From: Proteromonas lacertae
Taxonomy: Eukaryota
Assembly: GCA_002245135.1 (NCBI GenBank)
Contig: NGBS01000003.1
Coordinates: 355,436 to 375,435, forward strand
Reading direction: 5' to 3'
Length of the DNA stretch: 20,000 nt
Under the pieces are notes generated by a model. That model saw only the letters and a list, made by a program, of their open reading frames with translations, was not told where the DNA came from and made no database searches. Position 1 is the first letter of the stretch. Every line of letters starts with the position of its first letter. The position numbers and the translations under genes are program-made. This document shows, piece by piece, positions 1 through 10,017 of this stretch.

Positions 1-1178
1 ACTGTTTTACCTGTTCCAGGAGGTCCTTGAATTAAACTCAATGGATGAATTAATACACTTTTGATTGCTTCAATTTGAGAGTAATTAAGTGGAGGCAATC
101 CACTAATTGATAATTCGGATGGTAAATTCACTTTCACTACATTTGTAGCACAAGGAATACCTAATAAACTATTCCATAAATATTCACTCATCGCTTCTTT
201 TACTGTACTAAATCGACGAACTGCATTTTTCATTCGTTTATAAGGAATATCACTCCATAAATAGTCAATTCTATACCCACTTGTTATATTCATTGGAACG
301 TTTTTACTCTTCATTTGTAAGGTGATTTGATTATCATCAATCTTCATAACTTGACCTTCTCCTTTCCATTTTTCACTTAAACTAATAGTTGTGGAGATTT
401 CTAATTCATCTCCTATCATCAGTCTATTACTAATATCAGCGTGAGGTAAACGGAATATTGCTTGTTTACGTTGATTCAAACCAATATCCCAAGTTATATC
501 AACCACTTCTTTACATAATTCTTGACACATTTCTTTGTCATATTCAGCAATTTTATCAATTAATGGTAAAAATATGTTTTGATAATCATAACCATCTTCA
601 TATGTCTTTTTTACCTTTTCTAATGTTGCTGTGGTTGGTAAACTTGATAAATCATCATACGTTGCATTTGGATTACTTTTCCATAATTCTTCTAATTTCA
701 ATATTTGCTTTGCTGTTAAATGTCTTACTCTAGTGTCTCCTTCTTCCTTTGTATGTACCATTCTATCAACTATGCATTTATCAGATACTAATGGTTCCCA
801 TTCGTGAGGATCCCATCCCATATCTTTGATGGAATTTTGATTTAAACAAACATCTCGACAAATTAAGACGTAACATGCGTTTGCTTCATCTGGAATAAAT
901 CCTAGTACAAAGACATTTTTACTACCACAGTTATAACATTCTAATATTGTATCTCCAAATTCACTGTCAGGGTGTAGTCTTACTTCTCTATGTCTCGATC
1001 TAATAAAATGTTGGATAATATGTGATCCACATTTACTATCATTCACATTACAAAACCATTTTTTACATTCATTACATTGAGCCACAGCATTTACATCACT
1101 GATCTGACAATATGCACAGGCATACTCTGGGATTGGTTGCTCTTGGGTGTCCTCTTCAATATCACTTATATCGCTCAT
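1..1178 (-). CDS. UPF1: UPF1/NAM7 nonsense-mediated decay RNA helicase, 5' part (runs off the window start)
   Basis: Manual translation from the ATG at 1178 gives MSDISDIEEDTQEQPIPEYACAYCQISDVNAVAQCNECKKWFCN...SHIIQHFIRSRHREVRLHPDSEFGDTILECYNCGSKNVFVLGFIP, the UPF1 CH zinc-binding domain. Walker A IQGPPGTGKT lies in the same frame at about 3-32. It is absent from the ORF track because there is no stop within the window. Confidence 0.97.
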   Translation of the reverse strand, partial: MSDISDIEEDTQEQPIPEYACAYCQISDVNAVAQCNECKKWFCNVNDSKCGSHIIQHFIRSRHREVRLHPDSEFGDTILECYNCGSKNVFVLGFIPDEANACYVLICRDVCLNQNSIKDMGWDPHEWEPLVSDKCIVDRMVHTKEEGDTRVRHLTAKQILKLEELWKSNPNATYDDLSSLPTTATLEKVKKTYEDGYDYQNIFLPLIDKIAEYDKEMCQELCKEVVDITWDIGLNQRKQAIFRLPHADISNRLMIGDELEISTTISLSEKWKGEGQVMKIDDNQITLQMKSKNVPMNITSGYRIDYLWSDIPYKRMKNAVRRFSTVKEAMSEYLWNSLLGIPCATNVVKVNLPSELSISGLPPLNYSQIEAIKSVLIHPLSLIQGPPGTGKT

Positions 1179-1253
1179 TATTTTGATAATTCAATTATAA
1201 TCAAATCAAGCTTTTGGTTTGTTAAGTTTATTTTTTTTCATTTTATTCAACAT
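1179..1253. promoter_or_regulatory. 75-bp divergent intergenic region (putative bidirectional promoter) between UPF1 and TAF10
   Basis: ATGs at 1178 (-) and 1254 (+) face away from each other. The region contains the imperfect inverted repeat CAAATCAA-GCTT-TTGGTTTG at 1202-1221. Confidence 0.55.
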
Positions 1254-1720
1254 ATGAATTCTTCACAGTCTTATAATGATGAAAATTTATTAAAATCACT
1301 AGAGAGCTATCAATCTCCCGTATATATGGTTTGTTTCTATGAAGATTAGATTCCTGATGAGGTTGTGAAGTACTATTTAAGAAGAGGTGGGTTTGACTGT
1401 GATGATGATAAAATGTATTATAATTATCAACAATTAATGTAATTATTACTTAGAGCAAGAATGGTTTCTCTTGCTACTCAGAAATTGATTATACAAATCA
1501 TCCGAAATGCACAGTCAGAAAGAGAGTTAAGAAGAACTCAAAACTCAAAAGTATAACAACAGGTTTGTTAAATATTTTCACATTAGGATGCAGATTCGAC
1601 AGTATTTACTCTTGAAGATGCAACTAGAGGGTATAATAATGTGATTATGTTCATAATAGGTTGAGAGGTGCTGGATTCCCAATATCGAAGCCAAACACAT
1701 GTGGATTAGGGGATATGTAG
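1254..1720 (+). CDS. TAF10: TFIID subunit 10 (histone-fold TAF), 110 aa, 4 introns
   Basis: Removing GT-AG introns 1320-1349, 1415-1453, 1551-1586 and 1631-1659 gives 333 nt: MNSSQSYNDENLLKSLESYQSPIPDEVVKYYLRRGGFDCDDDKIARMVSLATQKLIIQII...TVFTLEDATRGLRGAGFPISKPNTCGLGDM*. This matches the TAF10 motifs (PxIPDxVxxYYL, RxxSLAxQK, LTxEDL...GxxxxKP). Confidence 0.93.
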
Positions 1721-1953
1721 AATAATAAATAATTATGTTATTTATATTTATTGAAAACAGTTTTGCTTCTTTGTTATGACCTTTATAATCATAATAAGAA
1801 AAATGCATTAATTGCTAGGCAATTGCATGTAGATGTAGTCTTTGGAAGTATTGCATTACTATGCTGATTCATTTGCTTTATTTCATTAGTTTTAGTATAG
1901 CTTGGCTTGTATTCATTCGTTTCAAAATTGTTTTTGTTTTTTTTGAATAATTA

Positions 1954-4900
1954 ATGAAAGAGAGATATAAATACACTTTGTCATGTTTTATAATGTACAT
2001 AATAACCGTGACAAGTTTCACATACAATAAATATTCTGATAATACTTGCAATTCTGGAGATGTTATAATACATGCAATTGGCAGTACAAATGCATTTACA
2101 GATGTTATTGGTATTTTATTAATTATTATTTTGATAGATTCTCAGACATGGTTTGGCTTGTTGTTGTGGAAAGAATCAGTTAAAGATGGGTTATGCCTTA
2201 GTGGCACTGTTGACAGTAATGGAGTTTGTTCAGTGCCACGAAATAAAATATGTCTACAATTATATGAACTTGTTGATTCAGTATTTTCTTTTATTCGCTT
2301 AATATACTATAAATAGAGTTCAACAATGGAAGATTACAAAAAGGCTATTAGAGATTATATCACCTATGCATCTAGTCTATCTTCAAATCAACCACATTTT
2401 ATAATTACTCCTGGATCTAAAGAACTAACTGAAGAAAGTATGGAATATGTCAATATTATAATAATAATAGCCTATTATAGAGCTGCTTATTATGACGACC
2501 AACGTAATACTCAAGGTTTTATGACTTATATATTTGGTAATTCAAATAACATCAACACTGTTGAGTATAACTTTGATTTTGTAATATCACCTTTAATGAA
2601 ATACACTAATTTATTTACATCTGCATTACCACTATTAAATCAAAGATTTAGAGTAAAATCGGTAGTGATATTGGAAGATTTAAGTAATAGTGAAAAGACC
2701 AAAGTAGCAATATCAGGTTTTGAAGCTAATCTTAATCAAAATAATTTAAATATATTAACAAAAAGATGTAATTCATCTGTATAGATTATTATTAATATAT
2801 ATACTTAATTAGAGAAGTGATCCATATGGTAAAAATTGTTTACACGAAGAATGTGGTAATAAAGAACAATGTGTATTACCTGTGTTAGATTTAGAAAGTA
2901 AAAGTATGAGAGAGAAATCAGATTATCTTCGACAATGGATTGAAGTAATTAAAGGGTTAAACCCTGATGTATTTATTGCAGCAACTGATTATAATATTAA
3001 TGATATAATGTACAGTATGCAGATATTATATTACACTCCTCCAATTGCCATGACTATTGATAAAGAATATGCTGTTATTAGTATATACTATTTATTTTTA
3101 TTTTTATTTATATATATATATAGATGCTGAGAAGACTGGTGCTTATAATGCTAATTGGTTTTATGTTAGTCAATTTGAGAAAACATTTAAATTTGGAACT
3201 AAAGGTAAATATATGGGTGATTCTGAAGATGTTTACAACTTAGTTTCATCAAAATATAAAGAGTATTTTGTTTATTTCAGTAATCTTATTATTTAATAGT
3301 TATCCAGACTTATTTCAAACCTCTGATTTTAGTGATCAATCTGTATATCCATATAATGGAGCAGCTATTGGTGTTACAATACAAAGAATATTAGAAAAAG
3401 CAGCAATATGTATATATTTCAGTATTATATAATTTAATAATAGCTTCAACACCAGTTGATTATACTGATTCATCCAATAGAGATGATAATTTCAAAATAT
3501 ATCAAACAGTTATTAAGAATTTTCAAGAATGTTCTTCATCATCATCATGTTCTACATGGGAGACGTTTTATGGTGGAATAGATTTCGATAATAATGGAAT
3601 TAATAAAGTGAAAGATGGTGTAATACTTCAAATTAAACTAGATGAAGTAAGTGGTAATAAAACCTTTGATATTATTGCTCCAGATACAATGAAAGCTTGT
3701 AATGAAGGTAGTTCTGTTTGTAGTTCAAATAATAACTTCAAAGATTGTACTTGTATTGCTAAATATCCAGCAGAATGGGTATGGGTTTCAAGAGTATTAT
3801 TATTATATTATTATTATTATTTAATTATAGGAAAAAGAAAATTATGTAAAATTCTCATCAGCAGGTGGTGTTATTCTTACATTATTGAATGTTATTTTGA
3901 TACTTTTACTATGTTATGCAGTATTCCGAATACTTCGTTCAATCTCAACATGGGAAGAAAAATATTTACCTTACAGTACAATTGAATATTTATTCTCAAG
4001 TTTTTATTTAATTTTATTATCATTTGTATCTATTGGTAAAAGAAGTAGTGCAAATTGTTTTGCTGTTAGATTCTTCCAGATATTATCATCCATATCATTA
4101 GTATTCACTGCTTTTAGTTGTTTTTCTGAAGAAGATAATAGAATTCATACAGGAACGGGAAAACATGAAGTTTTTAAAATAGAGAAAATTGTTAATGTAC
4201 TTTATTATATTCTAATATCAATATTTATAACTACAGTTCCGTTGGTTAATATTGATATATTAGAGAGTGGTACTGAATTCATTGATAATATAATTCCAGT
4301 GTTTTATACAAAATGTATTTCACTTTATACACTTAATGATTTTTATCCTTTCATTATTTTAAGTATAGTCGTTCATATATTAGCTTCATTGTATAATCAA
4401 AATGAACCGTCATATTATTATAGAGGGTTTAATATGTATTATATATTCGTAAACTGTATATATGTAATGTTTTGTGCATTATATACTGTTGAAGATGATA
4501 TATTATATATTGCATTAGAAGGTTCAATTTGTGGATTTTTGCTTCTCTTTCCATACATTATATTGGCTCATTTAATAAAGCCAAGACCTCAAGAAAGATT
4601 ATATTTCTATAAATTTAAAGCATTAAAAGTAATAAAAGATAAAATAAGAAGTAATATAAATCGTGTATTTTTAAAAGTATTTTTAGGAGAAGAAAAAGGA
4701 ATAAAGTTATTGGAAATGTATGGTGACTTTCATGAAATATTAAAACAGAAAGAAAAGAAAAGTGGTAAATTAAGAGAAGAATTGAAAAATGCATTTAAAA
4801 TCAAATATTTCAATGGAGATGATGAACCAGATGATAATTATGGATTGAGTGTAGAATTATATAAAAAACTAAAAGATAGAGTTACAGATAATACATTTGA

Positions 4901-5873
4901 TAAGAAAACATATGCAATAATAAAAACATCATTAATCAATATATTAGCTTCATCTCATGTTTGGGAAAAATTTTGTACATCTGAGAAATATTTGAACTAT
5001 AATAATTTTTACAGTTTCTTACATGGTGAAAGAAAACATGGATTAAGAACTTTAAGTGCAATTCATGAACAATTAAGAGTAGATCTTGTCGTAGATAAAA
5101 ATGAAAATCCTCAATTATTTCGAGAACATTGCAAATTCTATAATGATGCATTACAATCTCGAATAAGTAGTGTATATTCCAGTAGTCGAAGAAGATCGAC
5201 AAGAACAGCGAGTAGAATAAATCCAAATGTAAATACAAATTCTGAGATTGGTTTATCAATGAGAAGTGGTACAACCACAGTAGTTGGAAATAATACTCAA
5301 ACAGCTAATAATATAAGTGCTGTAGTAAATAATAAGAATAGAAATTCTGAATTTGAATCTGAATCATTTGCTTCTTCCTATAATGGTGCTGTATCAGCAA
5401 ATACAGGTCGAAAGATAGTTGGAGGAGTTCCAAAGAAAACTTCAGCTGTCAATATAAAGAATATAAATAATCGACCATCAACAACCAATTCAGAATTTTT
5501 TAATCCAGATACTCCAAAAGCGACAGTAGTTGGTTCATTATCTCAAGCAGGTGGTGATAGTTCGTCTAGTTTAGTAAAGAAAGAATCAATATCTGATTCT
5601 CATACTGACAGTAGTAATACTGATGAATCAAAAGATGAAAAGAAGAAAACTTTAACTCCTAAATCTGATACAAAATCTCCAAAAGGGACATTATCTCCTT
5701 TTAAACTAAATTCATCTCAACCAAAAGAAAAAGAAACAAAAGAGGATAAAACAAAAGAAAACGAAGTAAAAGAAAGTGAAACAAAAGAAAATCTAGATTC
5801 AAAACCACCAGAAAAACCAAATCCACCAAAACCTCCAATATCACCCACCTCTGCTCCAAAAGAAAGTAAATAA
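1954..5873 (+). CDS. Class-C-GPCR-like receptor: signal peptide + periplasmic-binding-protein type 1 (Venus flytrap) ectodomain + 7TM + RGS-like domain + low-complexity tail, ~1212 aa, 8 introns
   Basis: Introns 2111-2137, 2281-2316, 2438-2470, 2779-2812, 3081-3123, 3263-3299, 3410-3443 and 3794-3830 give one open 3639-nt frame. Ectodomain motifs (HFIITPGSKELT, IKGLNPDVFIAA, AAIGVTIQRILEKA, WETFYGGIDFDNNGIN..VILQI) resemble branched-chain amino-acid-binding PBP1 proteins. Seven hydrophobic segments lie at ~3860-4570. An RGS-like pattern (VFLKVFLGEE...IKYF...VWEKFCTSEKY) lies at ~4655-4995. The gene model is solid; domain names are by eye. Confidence 0.75.
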
Positions 5874-6228
5874 ACTGTAATTATTAGTTTTATTATGTAA
5901 TAGTTATTTCATTATTGTTTGAACAATCAGATACTAAGAATTGAGTCATAAAATAAAGTGATATTTACATAAAACATCTTATATGTGTTTAAAAACATAA
6001 ATAAAGAAATGAAAATACCAATTACAAATATTGAATAATGTGGTTGATATATTATTCTTTTATTAATTTGGAAATTAGTTTCATTTTATATTTTCTCATT
6101 TAGTAATAGTTATTGCATTGTTATTTTGATGTATAAATTATAGGTGAGATGAAACTAATATGTTTAACTAATCAACACAAATAAAAAATATATATTAACA
6201 TGTCAACATAATATACTGCATTATAAGA

Positions 6229-7955
6229 TTAGAGAGTATTTGGTAGAAGATTATCAATTCTCTTTTTTATTATATCTCCATCATTTAATTGAATTAAATA
6301 TTCATCATTTTCTAATACTTCTTTAATAATTCCATCCAAATCATCATCAATAATACTTACAGAATATCCTTTTGTTAATTCTACATTACATTGTTTATTA
6401 ATTTCAATCAAATGATTTAGATTCTTTATGCTTTTTTCAATATCATCTTCACTTAAATAATCACATATTTTAGGACCAATATATGGTTTTCTGCATATAA
6501 CCATTTGACTATTTATAATAGAATGGAATAATTTATACAAAAAAGTGATAATTTCTTTGTGAATCAGATTCTATAATTAATATATTTATATTTATCATAT
6601 ACATACAACAATTTTTGATAAGAATTTATCATTTCTTTTTCTGTTGCATCTTTCACATTTCACATAATCATTCACCTCTTTAATAACAGATAATAATTCA
6701 TTTGAACGAATATCATCTACATAATTATTCAATAATGTAATAAGCTTTTCTAAAAATTTCTTTCTATTATTCTCAATTCTATCAAGTGTATCTATATTTT
6801 ACAATCATAATTATAAGCAAGAATTGTTGCTCCATATGCACAAATTTCTTCTGGATTAAAATATTTAATAATTTTTGATTCTTTAAATTTAACTTGTAAT
6901 AATTCTCTTATACTCTTGATTCTTAAACCACAACCAATTAATATAATATTATCAATAATAGATTCACTTAATCCTGATTCTTCAACAGCTGTATGTGCAT
7001 AATCAACCACTCTTTTAAAAATATCCACATTTAAGCTATTAAATGTGGATAATGTTAATTCTGTATCTATATCAGCATCTTCTAAAAACTCAACATCAAT
7101 ATAAGCTTGACTCAATGTTCATATTTTAGCAATTCTACAGCTTTTTCACATTCTTTTCTAAGTTCCATTTTTCTTTTATCATTGAGTGATTCTCCTGTTT
7201 TGTTTTTATATTTTTCAACATAATGATCATACAACTTATCAATGATGTTTTTCACACCTATTTCATTATCATATTTTGAATAGATTAATTCAGATAGTTT
7301 GTTAATATTATCAGTATTAACTATATCAACATTTAATTCTCTTTCTTCTAAATCAAACACGAGATTTGTTTCTTTATCTTTTCTTGATTGATTTTCATGA
7401 ATATAAGCAATATTTGCACATATTGAAGATGAAATTACATTTATTACTTTTAAATTTGCTCTTTCAGCTGCTTCTTTTATTAATAATCTTTGATCATCAT
7501 TCATATATAATGGAACACTTATCACACATTCAGTTCTACTGTCTGGATTGTTACCACATCTTATATCAGCGCAATGTTTATTATACTTAAATATCTCACA
7601 TAACAAATCTACTCCACTTACATGAATAATGCTGTTATTATATTCTAACTCTACTTTTGCTTCACCATTATCATTTACCACTGTAAATGTCCAATCATTC
7701 ATATATTCTTGTAATTCTTCATCATTATATCTCACTCCTACTAACCTTAATATGTCATACACAGAATGACCTACAAATTCCAGATTATGTTTTGCTGCAT
7801 ATCCTACAATAATGTCAGGAGAATGTGGATTATAATAAACATAAGCAGGAATAGCTTTATTTGCACCATCACTTACGAGAAAAACTTCACTAATTTGAAA
7901 TACACCACATTCAAATGTTTGTAATCCTATGTTTATACCAATTTTATATTTATTC
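6229..7955 (-). pseudogene. Degenerate Hsp70-like gene (ATPase domain plus unrelated C-terminus), transposon-interrupted and frameshifted; its ATG is at 10668-10670
   Basis: Hsp70 NBD-like motifs: KIGINIG, IPAYVYY, IVGYAAK, VYDILRLVGVRYND, CVISVPLYMNDDQRLLIKEAAERANL, LRKECEKA, IILIGCGLRI, NPEEICAYGA. Frame breaks at ~7113-7117, ~6797-6800 and ~6658-6660; probable 32-nt intron at ~6571-6602. Removing the hAT and one TSD copy restores ATG AAT AAA TAT AAA ATT GGT (MNKYKIG). Confidence 0.85.
7948..7955. repeat. Left copy of the 8-bp target-site duplication ATTTATTC
   Basis: Identical to 10661-10668 and directly abuts the terminal inverted repeat; 8 bp is the hAT hallmark. Confidence 0.95.
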
Positions 7956-8211
7956 CTGGGTTGAATAATAAAGGGACAGGGCAGTGGCGGGACAAGGGCA
8001 TGTCCCGGGCAAAAATTGAAAGGGGCGTCCTTTATACTATCTAAAAATAGAAAAGGGTACAATTTGCCCTTTTCAATTATTTTATTTGAATTTTTATATT
8101 TTGTGCGATTTTAGGGATATTAAACGCTATAAAAATATTTATTCTTTTCATAATTATGTATTATTATCTTATAACAATAACAAACAATAATATTTCATTA
8201 TAATAATAGCC

Positions 8212-10017
8212 TTAAAAGTAAGGGCTTTGAGATCCTTCATCACTAAAACCTTCATCACTAGAACTTTCATCACTTAAACCTTCATCGCTAGAACTACCAG
8301 AACTTTCATCTTCATCACCAGAACATTGATAATCTAAAGTGTCATATACTATATTGTTATCAATTTCATTCAGCACATCTAAATTATATTCTTCTTCACT
8401 AATATCATTATCATCTTCATTTATATCTTTTTCTTTGTTTTTTTCTTTTAATAAATCATATTTTATTCTTAAAATATTATTTATAGTATTAAGCTGTAAT
8501 TTATTTCTAATATGATTATGAACTATTCCCTCAATACTAAATGAACGTTCAATAAATGAGCTTGTGACAGGAATAGTTGAAAGAATATCATATAGCTTCT
8601 TAACATTTGGGTAAAAAACTCCATACATATTGTACCATATATTAGTTGATATCTTTTTCGAAAATATATCTGAAGGGCACTTTTTGCAGTATGGTTTTCT
8701 TCTTTCAAAATGATAAATCTCATTTAATGCTTTCTGATTTAAAATAGGGCTGAATTTAGATAATATATATCTTTTTATATTATCCTTCTCCATGTCTGAA
8801 AATTTATGTTTACTGTTTATGTCTAAAAATTCATATAGAGCTAAAATGCTGTAGTTTGCATGTCTAGTCTCTTTTTTTATAATGTCTTTAATAAGTTCTT
8901 TTTCACTTGATGACCTTTTCATTAACTTTCTTTTAATTTTGGTCAATATTCTGAAACCATCATTTAATGTAGATGAATCTTTGCATAATAAGTGTATATT
9001 TGTGGAAATATATTTTGCAATCTTGTAGCATTCTTTAATTTCTTGTATATCTTCTTCCTTTAATAATTTTATCTGTAATAAAATTTCTTTATTGAGTAAT
9101 ATTTTTCTAAATACATCGCTATAGCTTGACCATCTCGTATCACAACCCTTGCGTATTTGGATATTTTTTTGTATAATTGAATATATAGTTTCTCTAATCT
9201 TTTGATTATTATTTAACTTATGAATAATGTCATTACACATGACTATCACTTTTTTGTATTTCTCTATTTCGAATACTTTTTTACTGATTAAGTTTAGGAT
9301 GTGTGCTAAACATCCAAACTTTACTACAGGTCTATTTATTTTTTTCTCTAAAATACTACTTATCTTTTTCATGGTGTAGTTGTTATCACTACTCACAGCA
9401 ACAATGTTTTTAATATCTAGTTTATACTTCACTAATGTTTGAATTATTAATTCCACTATATTTTCTGATGTTTCTCGTTTATGTAAATAAATGGATTCCA
9501 AAAACGAAATATCACTGCTTTTCTTTATTGCCAAATTAATAACGTTTTCATTGGTTACTGATTTCCAAGCGTCCACAATTATACATATTTTACTGTTATC
9601 TACAATTTCCTTTACTATTCTTTCTGCTTCTTCGTTCATTGATGCTTTTATTTTGTTTATTGTTATTGACTTTGTAGTTGGATTTAATGTATATATTAGA
9701 TTTTTAAAGGATTTAGATTGTATGGTTCTGAAAGCTAAGTTATTTTCTATAAGATATTTGGTCACCATTAAGTTTATTGCACGTTCATCATATCTCAATT
9801 ATGTAAGTTTTGATTGGATTAGCTTTTCACTACATCTAATTTAATAAATATAATAAATATATTTATACTTTTTGTAATGACGTTTCAAATTAGTGCAATG
9901 AGCAATAATCATTGCCTTGCACCTTCTGCATTGAATTCTGTTGTATTTTTCAAGGGGTTTCTTTAACACCACATCTTCATTAAAGTATCTATACACAGCA
10001 TCTCTCGTTTTACCCAT
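8212..10017 (-). CDS. hAT transposase (BED zinc finger + DDE + hATC dimerisation), one 33-nt intron, one in-frame TAA at codon 62
   Basis: ATG at 10017 (MGKTRDAVYRYF...CRRC...NLKRHYKK|C) with intron 9836-9868. Then CSEKLIQSKLT*LRYDERA (TAA at 9799-9801), IIVDAWKS (D), VSSDN (D), FGCLAHILNL (CxxH), CDTRWSS and PVTSSFIERSFS (E). Confidence 0.93.
8234..8293. repeat. Four imperfect 15-bp tandem repeats encoding the acidic (S/L/F)SDE(G/S) tail of the transposase
   Basis: ccttcatcactaaaa / ccttcatcactagaa / ctttcatcacttaaa / ccttcatcgctagaa. Confidence 0.85.

Noticed and set aside
458..1349. Plus-strand ORFs 458-733 and 1077-1349
   Set aside because: Antisense shadows of UPF1. Only the last part of the second ORF (from 1254) is real, as TAF10 exon 1.
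3081..3123. (TA)n and (TAT)n microsatellites here and in other introns (e.g. 13460-13480, 16740-16756)
   Set aside because: Ordinary low-complexity intron sequence, not a repeat array or CRISPR.
5860..5880. Blastocystis-type stop codons created by polyadenylation
   Set aside because: Every complete gene in the window has a genomically encoded TAA or TAG at the expected end.
7956..8062. Pro-rich N-terminal extension of the Hsp70-like ORF
   Set aside because: Transposon-end sequence read through by chance. It starts at TTG with no in-frame ATG and has an in-frame TAA just upstream.
9799..9801. Stop-codon reassignment (TAA read as an amino acid)
   Set aside because: A single case. TAA and TAG terminate the other genes and do not occur inside their exons.
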